A DNA stretch of 64,000 nt from Acidobacteriota bacterium (GTDB lineage: Bacteria > Acidobacteriota > UBA890 > WLXD01), in NCBI GenBank assembly GCA_965248695.1, contig CBDFKD010000002.1, forward strand, positions 3,360,001 to 3,424,000. The letters are read 5' to 3'. The notes below the pieces were generated by a model. It was not told the origin of the DNA, did not search any database, and saw only the letters and a program-made list of their open reading frames with translations. The translations under genes and the position numbers were made by a program. Below are positions 46,927 to 56,587 of this stretch, piece by piece; positions within the stretch are counted from its first letter, which is position 1, and the number at the start of each line of letters is the position of its first letter.

Positions 46927-49758
46927 CTAGCGCAGGACCAAGCGAGCGCCGAAGCGGATCGTGCGGCCCTGGACAACGTCTCTGATCTTGCTGTAGGCAG
47001 ACGAGTTGAACTGCCGGTGGCGAGCCAGAACGATGTCGTTGTTGGTGACGTTGAACGCATCCAGGATGATGTGGAGGCGACCGCGGTCGTCGATGTCGAA
47101 CGTCTTCTCTGCTCTGAAATCGAGATTCCAGAACATCGGCAGACGCTCGGTACCGAACGGAGCCAGGTTCGCGTTGACGCGACCGGCACCGTTGGCACGG
47201 TTGTTGGAGCGCACGTAGCGATCCATGATGTGGCCCTCACGCAGCTGCAGGAAGCTAGCTACGCTGATGCCCGCGGGCAGCTGGTACATGCCCGAGAACT
47301 TCGCGAACCACCGCGACGCCGCAGCAGCAGTGCCGCCACGCACCGAGTTGTCCGACGAGTGGAGGCCTGCATTCAGGCTCTCGACGTTGGTCGGATCGGT
47401 GAAACCACCCGGATCGAGGCGCTGCTTCGGGCGTGCCCACGTGAACGACGCGTTGCCCATCCAGTTGTTGGCAAAGCGCTTGTTCAGGTATGCGGTGATG
47501 CCCGTGTAGGACGTGCTGTAGTTGTCCCGCTGCGTGTAGACGGTCGTGCCCGAGCGGGCTCCGACCGGCTGGTAGACCGGCAGGCTTCCGTAGCCGGAGA
47601 CGTCCTGCGTCACCTGCTCCCAGAAGGCCGGATCGTTCTCACCAACACGCGGCTGCCAGGTGAAGTTGCTGTTCTTCTTGTAAACGAAGTCAGCACCGAT
47701 ACCCAGCGAACGGTCGAGCTCGTGCTCGACGCCCACAATGAGCTCGTTGGTCCACGGGGCCGAAGTCTCGTTGACCAGTGTGCTCTTGGGGGCGTTGGGG
47801 TTGTCGATGTCGAAGCCACCGGAGACGAACAGCGGATCGCCGAAAGTCTCGCCAGGATCGATCGTGTTGTTGCCGTTCAGGTCATTCCAGTTCAGGTCGA
47901 CTTCCGGACCGAACGTGGTGTTCGTGACGTGGAACTCGCCGTTGAACTGCTGCGAGTAGTACCGCGCCGCGGACGCCCGGAGGATCGTCGTGCCATTGCC
48001 CGACAGGTCATACGTCAGGCCCAGGCGCGGCGACAACGTGCTCCAGCCGAAGCCAGGATCGAAGCCGTCGAAAGATACGCCCGGGAACAACGCCGGAGCC
48101 AGCACGTGGTCCGTCGTCGAGCTCGGGTTCGACTTGCTCGTCTGGGTGTCGTAGCGCAGACCGAGGTTGGCCGTCAGGCGACCAGCACTGATCGTGTCAC
48201 CGAGATATACGCTGTGACGCTTCCCCTGGTAGTTGTCCAGAGCATCGGCGATCAGCCATGCCTCAACGGCAACGCCAGCATCAAACGCGGCGATGGCGCC
48301 GCCACCAGGACCCCAAACCGACGAGGTCTCGGCGGTGCGGAAGCTGTAGCCGTACTTCAGCTCGTTGTCGACCGACGAGCCAGCGATGTAGCTGTTGCCG
48401 TCGAGACGGCCGTTCTTGAGCGGACGCGTGGTGTCGTACGAGAAGTAGCTCTGACCCCAGAGACCGGTATCGTAGTCGTACGTGACCTGCGTCTCGGTGC
48501 CACCCTGAGCGTTCAGGAAGAAACCGAGGCCGGTGTCGTTGTACGACGCCTCGACGTAGTTGTTGTCGTTGAGGGTGTACTGCAGCTTGACCGTGTGGAT
48601 CGGCGTCGGGCCACCCTGGATGAAGGTGGTTGCCGGCGGACGCGTTGCAGATGCGCCACGACCCTGCTTGGTCTTGTTGGCGTGCACGAAGGTGTAGTTC
48701 AGCACCGCCCTGTCGCCGATGTGAATGTTGGCCTTCGCGTGCCAGTTCAGCAGCTGCGTGTTGTCCGGCGAGATTCCAACGGCCTGGTTGATCTTCTGGA
48801 TGCCGCGGGCGCCCCAGAGGAAGACCCGATCGCGCACCATAGGACCACCGAACTCACCGCCGTAGTCCTGGATCTTCTGGATCGAGTTGCCGATGTAGCC
48901 CGGGAAGAGCTGGTCTTCCGTGAAGCTACCGGTCAAGTCGCCGGTTTCGGGATCGCCGACGTTGCGCGACTGCAGATCACCCTCGGTGAGGTAGTACCGG
49001 CCTGAACCGCGCCAGCTGTTACCACCACGCTTGGTGACGAAGTTGATGCGCACGCCGCCGGTCTGCATCGAAGGATCGTTGCCGCCGGTCGAGATCGAGA
49101 TCTCTTCGAAGGCGTCGAAGTCGTAGTACATGGGCGACGCGCCAAGCGCCGACATGTCCGTAACCTCAGCACCATCGTACGTCCACATGGCGTCGCCGCC
49201 ATTGGCACCGTTGGCACGGAAACCCGACTGCTGACCCGACTCGGAACCACCGATGTTCTCGCGGTCAACCTGCATGCCGGCCGTCTGCTGCATCATGACC
49301 CAGGGGTCACGTGCCGACGGGATCGACTGCATGTATTCCTCGGTGAGGTTCTGACCGGTGCCGGTCTTCTTGACGTCGACGATCGGGGTCGTGCCGGTAA
49401 CGGTCACGGTCTCTTCGATGGTCGACAATTCCATCGCCACGTTGACCTGGCTGTTGCCGCCAACGCGAACGGGAACCGCTTCCTGGATGATCGTCTTGAA
49501 ACCTTCGAGCATGAAGGTAATGACGTAATCATTCCCAGGCGGCAGCACGGGGTAGCGGTAGACACCGTTGGCCTGCGTGTACACGGTCGACGACGGGACC
49601 AAAGAGCTGTCCATCGTCACCGACACGCCCGGCAGCGGTGCTCCATCCGGGTCTGTAGCGACACCCGAGATGGACCCTGTTTCCTGCGCCCACACAGGGG
49701 CGGCAACAAACACGGCCAGTGCGAGGCTCGCGATCAGCGAGCGCTTAAGGATACGCAT
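46927..49758 (-). CDS. TonB-dependent receptor with N-terminal carboxypeptidase-regulatory-like domain (Oar-like)
   Basis: AAGGAGG RBS; signal peptide; GSISGVATDPDGAPLPGV, EETVTVT, plug INFVTKRGGN, NLGLRYD, PRLGLTYD, DAFNVTN. Confidence 0.93.
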   Translation of the reverse strand: MRILKRSLIASLALAVFVAAPVWAQETGSISGVATDPDGAPLPGVSVTMDSSLVPSSTVYTQANGVYRYPVLPPGNDYVITFMLEGFKTIIQEAVPVRVGGNSQVNVAMELSTIEETVTVTGTTPIVDVKKTGTGQNLTEEYMQSIPSARDPWVMMQQTAGMQVDRENIGGSESGQQSGFRANGANGGDAMWTYDGAEVTDMSALGASPMYYDFDAFEEISISTGGNDPSMQTGGVRINFVTKRGGNSWRGSGRYYLTEGDLQSRNVGDPETGDLTGSFTEDQLFPGYIGNSIQKIQDYGGEFGGPMVRDRVFLWGARGIQKINQAVGISPDNTQLLNWHAKANIHIGDRAVLNYTFVHANKTKQGRGASATRPPATTFIQGGPTPIHTVKLQYTLNDNNYVEASYNDTGLGFFLNAQGGTETQVTYDYDTGLWGQSYFSYDTTRPLKNGRLDGNSYIAGSSVDNELKYGYSFRTAETSSVWGPGGGAIAAFDAGVAVEAWLIADALDNYQGKRHSVYLGDTISAGRLTANLGLRYDTQTSKSNPSSTTDHVLAPALFPGVSFDGFDPGFGWSTLSPRLGLTYDLSGNGTTILRASAARYYSQQFNGEFHVTNTTFGPEVDLNWNDLNGNNTIDPGETFGDPLFVSGGFDIDNPNAPKSTLVNETSAPWTNELIVGVEHELDRSLGIGADFVYKKNSNFTWQPRVGENDPAFWEQVTQDVSGYGSLPVYQPVGARSGTTVYTQRDNYSTSYTGITAYLNKRFANNWMGNASFTWARPKQRLDPGGFTDPTNVESLNAGLHSSDNSVRGGTAAAASRWFAKFSGMYQLPAGISVASFLQLREGHIMDRYVRSNNRANGAGRVNANLAPFGTERLPMFWNLDFRAEKTFDIDDRGRLHIILDAFNVTNNDIVLARHRQFNSSAYSKIRDVVQGRTIRFGARLVLR

Positions 49759-49868
49759 TTGCCCTCCTTGGCAAGTGCAACCTCGGGGCCTCGGGGACGT
49801 CCGCATCGTCTCGACCCCGAGAAAGCCGATGCGGAAGGGAAAGGCGGTAGGACGCCATTTGTTGTGAC

Positions 49869-49885
49869 TGCAAAAGGCATGCCCA
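49869..49885 (-). promoter_or_regulatory. Sigma54 (-24/-12) promoter of the TBDR
   Basis: Minus strand TGGGCATGCCTTTTGCA = GG-N10-GC with the TTGCA end, about 110 nt upstream of the ATG. Confidence 0.65.
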
Positions 49886-49940
49886 ATCGGCGTCGCTATC
49901 AGGGGCATCGTGGCGCAGTGTGAAGCGAGTGTCAAACTTA

Positions 49941-50059
49941 TGTAAACGCGAGACTTACAGGAGGCCCTTCTGGAGGCGTCATCGCAGATTGTTCTTGGCG
50001 AACAAAAACGCTGCGCTCGGCTAACAGGTTTTTGGGGCAGCGATCCAATGAATTGGATC
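49941..50059. promoter_or_regulatory. Candidate IHF and upstream activator sites of the sigma54 promoter
   Basis: TGTAA-N9-TTACA (49941-49959), TTGTTC-N5-GAACAA (49989-50005), GATCCAAT-N2-ATTGGATC (50042-50059). Confidence 0.45.
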
Positions 50060-50070
50060 CGGGCTCGCCC

Positions 50071-51576
50071 TTAGCCGGCAATCAACTCGGTCTCCGGGTA
50101 CTGTGCATACCATCCGAACCAGAAGGCACGGAAGGCGTTCAACCGCGGCAGCGCCGCCTCGGGGGAAGCCAGCGGGACCAGCTGGTGGGCGCGCGCTTCC
50201 CATAGACCGCCGTGCTCGTCCTCGATACGGTTGGCGCCCACGAAGCGCACGAACCTCTCTGGCGGTGACGCGTACAAGCGGTTCGCCCCGTCCTCGCTCG
50301 TGACCACCACCAGGCTACGCCCAGCGAAGTTGGCCTGAAACAATCGGTTCTTCTGCAGGAAGGCCGCCGAGATGGCCAGCGCCTGATCGCCGTCGCGACC
50401 GCGGAACCGCAACGCCAGGACCTCGTCCTTGTTCCCGAGCCGGGAGTCACGATGCGACACGGTGAACATCAACTCGTCGGTCGCAAAGTAGTCGGCGTAG
50501 GCGACATTCTCGGAATAGTCACGCTCGAAGCCCGTGTCGAGCGCCAGCACCGTGGTGTCGGGATGTGTCGCCCGCCAATCGCTCCACGTCGTGGTGACCA
50601 CCGGCAGCGGGCTTAGCCGGACCCCGCTGCCGACCATGCGGCCCACGAGCGGCTCGCCGGTGATGCTCGACCACAGGGTCCACGACAGCTCGTCGAACAG
50701 CAACTTGTTGGAACGGAACAGCAAACCCGAGGTGTCGAACTTCACTACCCGGCCGCCGACCTCGCTCTTGTACGGGATCACCGCCCCGCACAACGTGCAG
50801 TACACGAGGGTGATGTCCAGGCCGCCAACGTTGTCTCGCGCCAGCTCGTGCCAGGCGAGAATCCGCTTCGGATAGGCGCGCGCGGCGCCGTCAACCACCA
50901 GGCCGAAGACGATGTTGTCATCGGCCAGGTAAGAGGCCTCGTCCGCGGCGATCGTTGGCGGCTGATCGAGCGCCGGGATACCGGCGGCGCCGACTCGCAC
51001 ACCACCCCAGTCGATCTCGTCGAGGCGCACCGCCGCCGTCCCCTGAAAGAAGCTGCGGAACGTCTGGTCGACGCTGCCGTAGAGGTTGGCCTTGAACACG
51101 CCGATCTGGGCGTGCGTGTCGTAGGGTTGCGCCCACATCCACTGCCGCCACGCGTCGAGGTCGTCGCCGTGCTTCTGTCCGGTTTGACGCTCGAGGAACT
51201 TCAGAATGCGCTCACGGGTCTGCACCCTCGGATCGCGGCGGCTGCCGAAGCGCGAGCCACCCCGCAGCGGGTCGCTGTTGCCTGACGGATCACCACCGCT
51301 GAAGTCCGTATCGAGCACCGCATTTCCGTCGGCACCGAGCCGGGCGGTGTCACCCGCCTTGCCAGACGGGAGGAAGCGCACCCAGTCGAGCAACAGAGCG
51401 GTGTAGCCGTTCTTCCACTGCTCGCCGATCTGCTCGAGCGCGTCCTCGGAGGTGTCCTTGTCGGGTGAGGCGGCCTGGAAGAACAAGGCCAGGCCCGGGT
51501 CGGGTGTCTGCTCGCCTAGCGGCGAGGTGATCACGGCGAGCAGGGCAAGACAGGCGATGGAAGCTCGAAGTCTCAT
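50071..51576 (-). CDS. DUF3179 domain protein (CxxC)
   Basis: GIPALD, RAYP.RIL.WHE, YCTLCG, SGLL..SN.LLFD, TTW..W...HP.T, FWFGW..QYPET; signal peptide. Confidence 0.85.
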   Translation of the reverse strand: MRLRASIACLALLAVITSPLGEQTPDPGLALFFQAASPDKDTSEDALEQIGEQWKNGYTALLLDWVRFLPSGKAGDTARLGADGNAVLDTDFSGGDPSGNSDPLRGGSRFGSRRDPRVQTRERILKFLERQTGQKHGDDLDAWRQWMWAQPYDTHAQIGVFKANLYGSVDQTFRSFFQGTAAVRLDEIDWGGVRVGAAGIPALDQPPTIAADEASYLADDNIVFGLVVDGAARAYPKRILAWHELARDNVGGLDITLVYCTLCGAVIPYKSEVGGRVVKFDTSGLLFRSNKLLFDELSWTLWSSITGEPLVGRMVGSGVRLSPLPVVTTTWSDWRATHPDTTVLALDTGFERDYSENVAYADYFATDELMFTVSHRDSRLGNKDEVLALRFRGRDGDQALAISAAFLQKNRLFQANFAGRSLVVVTSEDGANRLYASPPERFVRFVGANRIEDEHGGLWEARAHQLVPLASPEAALPRLNAFRAFWFGWYAQYPETELIAG

Positions 51577-51709
51577 ACGTTTCTCCCGGGATGGGGCACC
51601 AGAAGACTCCCAGGATACGAACGGGGTCGATTCCGGCGCGGCCCGAACGCGGTGTCGAGCGTATGCATCCTAACCATTTCGCGCCGGTCGTGTCGTCCCG
51701 TTGTCGGTC

Positions 51710-53926
51710 TCAGTCGATGCCGGCGTCGGCTGTAATGAGAAACGGCATGACCTGCTCGACCGTCTGTCCGGCGATCGCATCGACCAGGTCGATCTCCAGC
51801 AGGTAAGCACCCTCGCCGAGACTGTTCGGCAGCACCGCCTCCACCAGCATGCTGGTGGAGTTCTGCTGCGCATCGTAGTGCCGCGCCACCAGGTTGATGC
51901 TGGCGACCGCGTGCGAAGCGCCACTTTCGTCGATCGCCGTGGCATTCAACGACGTCTGAACCTGTCCGGTAAACGGATGGCGGGCCAGATTGTGCGCCAC
52001 GATGAGGAACTGACAAACCCCGCCGGCCGCCGTCAGCGTGTACACCTGGGGCGTCACCTCCTGGTCCCCGACAACGAACGGGTAGGCCACCGGGCCGCCC
52101 TCGCGATGCCGTGGTGGGGCGCTCGGATCGATACCGCGCATCAGCAGACCCGGATGTGCAGCATCGACTGGAACGGGCCCGCTGACGACCACCCCGGTGG
52201 GGTTCTGAAAGCCCGGCACCTCGACAATCTCGGTGCGCGTGCTGAGCCGCCCCGCCTGGACATCGCGTACCAGGACCCGCACCTGCTGCGATCCGGGTAG
52301 CGCCCAGAGCAGGTCGTAGTAGCGGAACGGCAAGCCCTCCATACGACCGGAAAGCTGCTGCATGGTCAACCGCACACGCCGGCTGAACATGTCGCGCATC
52401 TGGCCCTGTGCATCGGTGACGTAGCCGAGGATGTCGAGCTCCGTGGCACCGTCGCCGCGCGCTTCCGCAATCGCCTCAAGCTGCCCGAACGGTATCTCGA
52501 CAACCACCGCCAGCCGGCTGATCCGTCGGTCGCCGGCGAACGCCGTGGCCCGAACATCGAAGATCATGTCCTCTTCTTCGATGCCCTTGCTGATGAACTC
52601 CGATAGCTGCAGCTGCTGCTGCGTCTCGTCCATGTCGACGTATGCCGGTGGCGGCGAGAAACGCTTCGGTGCCGCCAGGATCTGTGCCCCTGGGCCACGC
52701 ACCTCGACATCGAGCTCGACGACCGTGGCGTCATCGTCGTCCTTGGGATAGGCGAGCACGTAGTAGCGCGCGGTCTCTTCAGCCAGAGTAGCCAGTGCCG
52801 GGGTCAGGTCGTTGGCGTTCCAGGTGATCGTGCCGTTGGTTTCCTCCGCAAGGTAGGCGAGCCCCTGTTTGCCGCCCTCGGTCAGCTGGAAGGTGCCGGC
52901 GACGCGCTCATCGCCAAGGCCACCGACGTCAAACGCATGGAAGACGGTGTCGGAAGCGTTCAGGTTTTCCACCGCCTTGGCGAGGCTTTCGCGCAGGTCT
53001 GCGCTACCGAATCGGGTTTCCGAGTTGACCGCCCACGACTGTCCCTGCTGGAGCCGTTGGGTATCCTCCGCAAGTTCGTCGAGCGACTGGCCGGTCAGCA
53101 CCTTGTCGTCGAAACCGGCCGAGAACAACAAGACATGCTTGCGGCCGCGCGTGGCTGTCAACATGTTCCCGAGGCCGACCAGTTGATCGGCGTAGTTCAC
53201 CACCTCGTCGCGGTAGCGGCGAAAGTCCTGGCTGGCGGTGTCGACGTTGGCTGCAAAGAGCGTTGCCTCGATCAACTGCTGCAGCGCGTCCTGCTCGGTG
53301 CCGGTGGCGGCGTCCGTCCGGTTTTCCTGCAGCGTCAGCAAATCGGCGAGGGGCTGCAGAGCGAAACCGGCAGGGTCGACGAGGTACTTGGCGCGATCGA
53401 CCCCGAAGCCACGGATGGCGTTGGCTACCTGCGCCCTGTCGGCGGTAAACGGCGAGACCAGCTTGAGGCCGCCAATGCTCGTGTACGTCGCCACACCGAT
53501 GAGGTCCTTCGGGTGTGTGCGCAACTCCACGAAGTCGAGCGCCGCATCGCGCGCTCGAAGGATGCCGCGCTTGGTGGAAAAGCTGAAGTCGAAGAACATC
53601 AGGAACTGCCGCCAGCCGGCCGGCGGGATGTAATGATCTTCCTCGAACTCGTCGCCGCGGATCTGCCGTAGATCGACCTCGTACACAGCGGTCAGATCGC
53701 GTAGGCGGCCGTCGACACGCAGAACGAAATCGTCGCTCGACAGGTTCGGGATGTGATCACCACGCGAGTCGGCCACCGCCACCTGCAGCTGCACGACCTC
53801 GACCGTGGCGCGGAACTGCGGCCGCTGCGCGCCGTCGACGATGACTGCCGAGCCCGAGACCAGCACGGCACAGATGGCCGTTGGCAGGCATCGCGCGACA
53901 TGCTTCAACCGCATCCTCTGACTCAT
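51710..53926 (-). CDS. VWA-domain protein, acidobacterial type
   Basis: PQFRATVEVVQLQVAVADSRG...L..DDF, DFSFS MIDAS-like motif, GRKHVLLFSAG, LAEETNG, YYVLAY; GGAGG RBS. Confidence 0.88.
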   Translation of the reverse strand: MSQRMRLKHVARCLPTAICAVLVSGSAVIVDGAQRPQFRATVEVVQLQVAVADSRGDHIPNLSSDDFVLRVDGRLRDLTAVYEVDLRQIRGDEFEEDHYIPPAGWRQFLMFFDFSFSTKRGILRARDAALDFVELRTHPKDLIGVATYTSIGGLKLVSPFTADRAQVANAIRGFGVDRAKYLVDPAGFALQPLADLLTLQENRTDAATGTEQDALQQLIEATLFAANVDTASQDFRRYRDEVVNYADQLVGLGNMLTATRGRKHVLLFSAGFDDKVLTGQSLDELAEDTQRLQQGQSWAVNSETRFGSADLRESLAKAVENLNASDTVFHAFDVGGLGDERVAGTFQLTEGGKQGLAYLAEETNGTITWNANDLTPALATLAEETARYYVLAYPKDDDDATVVELDVEVRGPGAQILAAPKRFSPPPAYVDMDETQQQLQLSEFISKGIEEEDMIFDVRATAFAGDRRISRLAVVVEIPFGQLEAIAEARGDGATELDILGYVTDAQGQMRDMFSRRVRLTMQQLSGRMEGLPFRYYDLLWALPGSQQVRVLVRDVQAGRLSTRTEIVEVPGFQNPTGVVVSGPVPVDAAHPGLLMRGIDPSAPPRHREGGPVAYPFVVGDQEVTPQVYTLTAAGGVCQFLIVAHNLARHPFTGQVQTSLNATAIDESGASHAVASINLVARHYDAQQNSTSMLVEAVLPNSLGEGAYLLEIDLVDAIAGQTVEQVMPFLITADAGID

Positions 53927-54100
53927 CACCGCCTCCCTGGACCGAGCTCGGCGTCGCCGACGCGGCTCGGCCGCGCGCACATGCGTCGGTGGGTGGGGGA
54001 GCCAGGGGTTGCTCCCCAAAACCTTGGCGATCTTAGCAGGTCGTTTCGAAGTTCCGGCAGATCAGGCAAGACGGTGTCAGTATACGGGTTTCCGGGACGC

Positions 54101-54712
54101 TCAGTCGATCAGCCCGAGCTTGCGAAGCTGCTCGGGCGGACATCCGTCCCAGGTCGCGACGAAATCATTTCCGATGTATTCGAGATCGTCCACCCCCATC
54201 TTGCTGCTCCAGAAGCCGGTGGCGGTAAGATCACGGAAGGCGTTGAAGAACGCAACGCCGTGGCGCAGCTGTCGCGACGCGCGATCGGGCCAGGCGATGT
54301 CATCGAGCAACTGCTCGCGTTGCGACGCGCTGCACTCCACGAAGCGCTCTCCGAAGCGCTCGTGGGCTTCGTGATCGATCCACGCCAGCCCGCCGCGCAT
54401 CGGCGGCTGGCGTTCCGGCTGATCGTCCATCATGAAGTCCATGAACTCCGGCACCCCGGCGTCGGTGGCGCTGCCTGAGCGCTCGTCGGCCGGAATGATC
54501 ATGTCGACGAGCTGCCGCACGGTGGTGTATTCGTGCGGTGTGAAGAAGCGCGGCGTATAGGAAGTCCCGGCCTGCGCGGCATGAAGCAGCGCGTCGGCGG
54601 CGCGCTCGTGTGCCACCACGGCTTCGGCGGGTGACCATACGAGCCCGGCGGTGACGGACGCCAGCAGACCGAGCGCCTCGCGTCGGCTCAGATCGGGTGT
54701 TCGCTGGCTCAT
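54101..54712 (-). CDS. Gluconate 2-dehydrogenase subunit 3 family (Tat 'hitchhiker' subunit)
   Basis: SRREAL Tat motif; IIPAD..SGSA.DAGV.EFMD; TGFWSS.MG..DL.Y.GN; TGATG coupling. Confidence 0.88.
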   Translation of the reverse strand: MSQRTPDLSRREALGLLASVTAGLVWSPAEAVVAHERAADALLHAAQAGTSYTPRFFTPHEYTTVRQLVDMIIPADERSGSATDAGVPEFMDFMMDDQPERQPPMRGGLAWIDHEAHERFGERFVECSASQREQLLDDIAWPDRASRQLRHGVAFFNAFRDLTATGFWSSKMGVDDLEYIGNDFVATWDGCPPEQLRKLGLID

Positions 54713-56418
54713 CAGAGGCTCCCCTGCTGCATCTGATCGGCGATGTACTCGCTGGTGCGCATGGCGAGCGCCAGGATGGTCCATGTCGGGTTCTTGTGCG
54801 CCTGCGAAACGAAGGGGCCGCCGTCGGCAACGAAGACGTTGGGCGCGTCGTGCGCCTGGCAGAAGGCGTTCAGCGCCGAGCTGTCCGGATCGTTGCCCAT
54901 GCGAACAACCCCGAGCTCGTGGATGATCCGTCCACCCGCCATGATGCCGTATCCCCCAGAAGCGTCCGGCATCGGCGTCAACGGGGTCCCACCCATGGTG
55001 TGGATGATCTCGCGGAAGGTCTGTTGCATGTGCCGCACCTGGCGGATCTCGTGATCGCTCCACTGGAAGTGGAACTTGAGCACCGGGATTCCCCAGCGGT
55101 CCACGATCTGCGGATCGATCTCGCAGTAGCAGTCGTCGTTGGCAACCATCTCCCCGCGACCGGCGAAACCGATCGTGGCGCCATAGACCTCGCGGTACAT
55201 GTTCTTGAGGTCCTGCCCATAGCCACCACCGCCGGGATACCGATGGATACCCGACAGGATCCCGTAGGCGGGCAACGAGCGTCCGCCGCCGATCTCGAGG
55301 TGGTAACCGCGTGGAAAGTCGAGCTTGCTGTTGTCGAGCCACCACGGCATGTAGACGTGCGAGCCGTTGGCGCCGTCCTCGTTGTGGGGCACTCCACCCG
55401 CAAGCGCCGGAACAAACCCGGTGACGCCGGTTCCGGTGCTATCGGTGAGGTACCTGCCGACCACGCCGCTGGAGTTCGCAAGGCCGTCGGGAAACAGTCC
55501 TGATGTCGAATTGAGCAGCAACCGCGCCGACTCGCAGGCACTTGCCGCCAGCACGACGACCCCAGCCCGAACGTGCTCGTCGCGTCCACTGTTCTTGTCG
55601 ACGTACGCCACGCCGTTCGCCCGACCCTGTCCGTCGATCGTTACCTCACGGGCCATTGCTTGCGTGATCACCTCGAGGCGTCCGGTGGCACGCGCCGGCG
55701 GCAACAGCACGGACGGAGTCGAGAAGTTCGACCCGGTGGCGCAGTCGCGGCCGCACTGGCCGCAATAGTGACAGGCCGGCCGGCCATTGAGCGGCCGCGT
55801 CAGGATCGACATGCGCGACGAGACACACGGAATGGAGAGCCCGGTACAGGCTCGCTGCACGAGCTTCTCGAAACAGCGTGGCTCAGGGGGCGGTTGGAAG
55901 ATGCCGTCGGGCTCGTTGGGAATCCCCTCCCTGGAGCCGAACAAACCGATCAGCCGATCGATCTTGTCGTAGAACGGCGCCAGGTCGTCATAGGAGATCG
56001 GCCAGTCGTCGCCAAGGCTGTCGATGCTTCGCCGGCGAAAATCATCGGGGCCGAAGCGTAGCGAGATGCGACCCCAATGATTCGTGCGTCCACCGAGCTG
56101 ACGGACGCGGAACCAATCGAACTCCTCACCGTCCGCCACCGTGTAGGGCTCGCCGTCCAGGGACCAGCCGCCGAGGCCAGCATGGAACTCGCCAAAATGG
56201 CGCTCGGGGGTCGCCGCACCGCGCCGCGGCGAGTCATAGGGCCACTTGAGCATCGCCGAATCGGTGGCCGCATCCCAAGTAGGCCCCGCCTCCAACATGA
56301 CGACGCGCGCCCCGGCCTCGGTGAGTACCTTCGCCGCCATCCCGCCGCCGGCACCCGAACCGATGATGCAAACATCCCATTGCTGGCGGGATTTCATGAT
56401 CTCGGGGGCGCGGCTCAT
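54712..56418 (-). CDS. GMC-family oxidoreductase (glycoside 3-dehydrogenase-like flavoprotein)
   Basis: IGSGAGG, GGRTNHWGR, CHYCGQCGRDC, IHELG, NPTWTILALA. Confidence 0.92.
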   Translation of the reverse strand: MSRAPEIMKSRQQWDVCIIGSGAGGGMAAKVLTEAGARVVMLEAGPTWDAATDSAMLKWPYDSPRRGAATPERHFGEFHAGLGGWSLDGEPYTVADGEEFDWFRVRQLGGRTNHWGRISLRFGPDDFRRRSIDSLGDDWPISYDDLAPFYDKIDRLIGLFGSREGIPNEPDGIFQPPPEPRCFEKLVQRACTGLSIPCVSSRMSILTRPLNGRPACHYCGQCGRDCATGSNFSTPSVLLPPARATGRLEVITQAMAREVTIDGQGRANGVAYVDKNSGRDEHVRAGVVVLAASACESARLLLNSTSGLFPDGLANSSGVVGRYLTDSTGTGVTGFVPALAGGVPHNEDGANGSHVYMPWWLDNSKLDFPRGYHLEIGGGRSLPAYGILSGIHRYPGGGGYGQDLKNMYREVYGATIGFAGRGEMVANDDCYCEIDPQIVDRWGIPVLKFHFQWSDHEIRQVRHMQQTFREIIHTMGGTPLTPMPDASGGYGIMAGGRIIHELGVVRMGNDPDSSALNAFCQAHDAPNVFVADGGPFVSQAHKNPTWTILALAMRTSEYIADQMQQGSL

Positions 56419-56428
56419 GTCGGATCAC

Positions 56429-56563
56429 TAGTGGCCTGTAACAGATGAACGTTGCCTGTCGTGGTGGCGAAATGGGCCTGGATGCCAGGCGTACCGACGA
56501 GACGATGTTTGCCTGTCTTGGAGGAGGAGCAACGCCGCAGACGGGCCGATTTCGCCGCCACTA
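56429..56563. repeat. Longest family-B repeat copy (MITE-like) with an internal inverted repeat
   Basis: Begins tagtggcctgtaacagatgaacgttgc; internal IR 56461-56478 / 56544-56561 (16 of 18 nt). Confidence 0.7.
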
Positions 56564-56587
56564 ACCCGCGTCGACAATCGAGCATCG

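Noticed and set aside
46792-49005. 737-aa plus-strand ORF
   Set aside because: It is the antisense shadow of the strongly codon-biased TBDR and has no recognisable motifs or RBS.
50785-50805. Selenocysteine in DUF3179
   Set aside because: Both positions of the CxxC motif are Cys codons and there is no in-frame TGA.
53996-54021. Hairpin ggggagc/gctcccc as a terminator
   Set aside because: The T-run is on the wrong side for the minus-strand genes and the stem is short.
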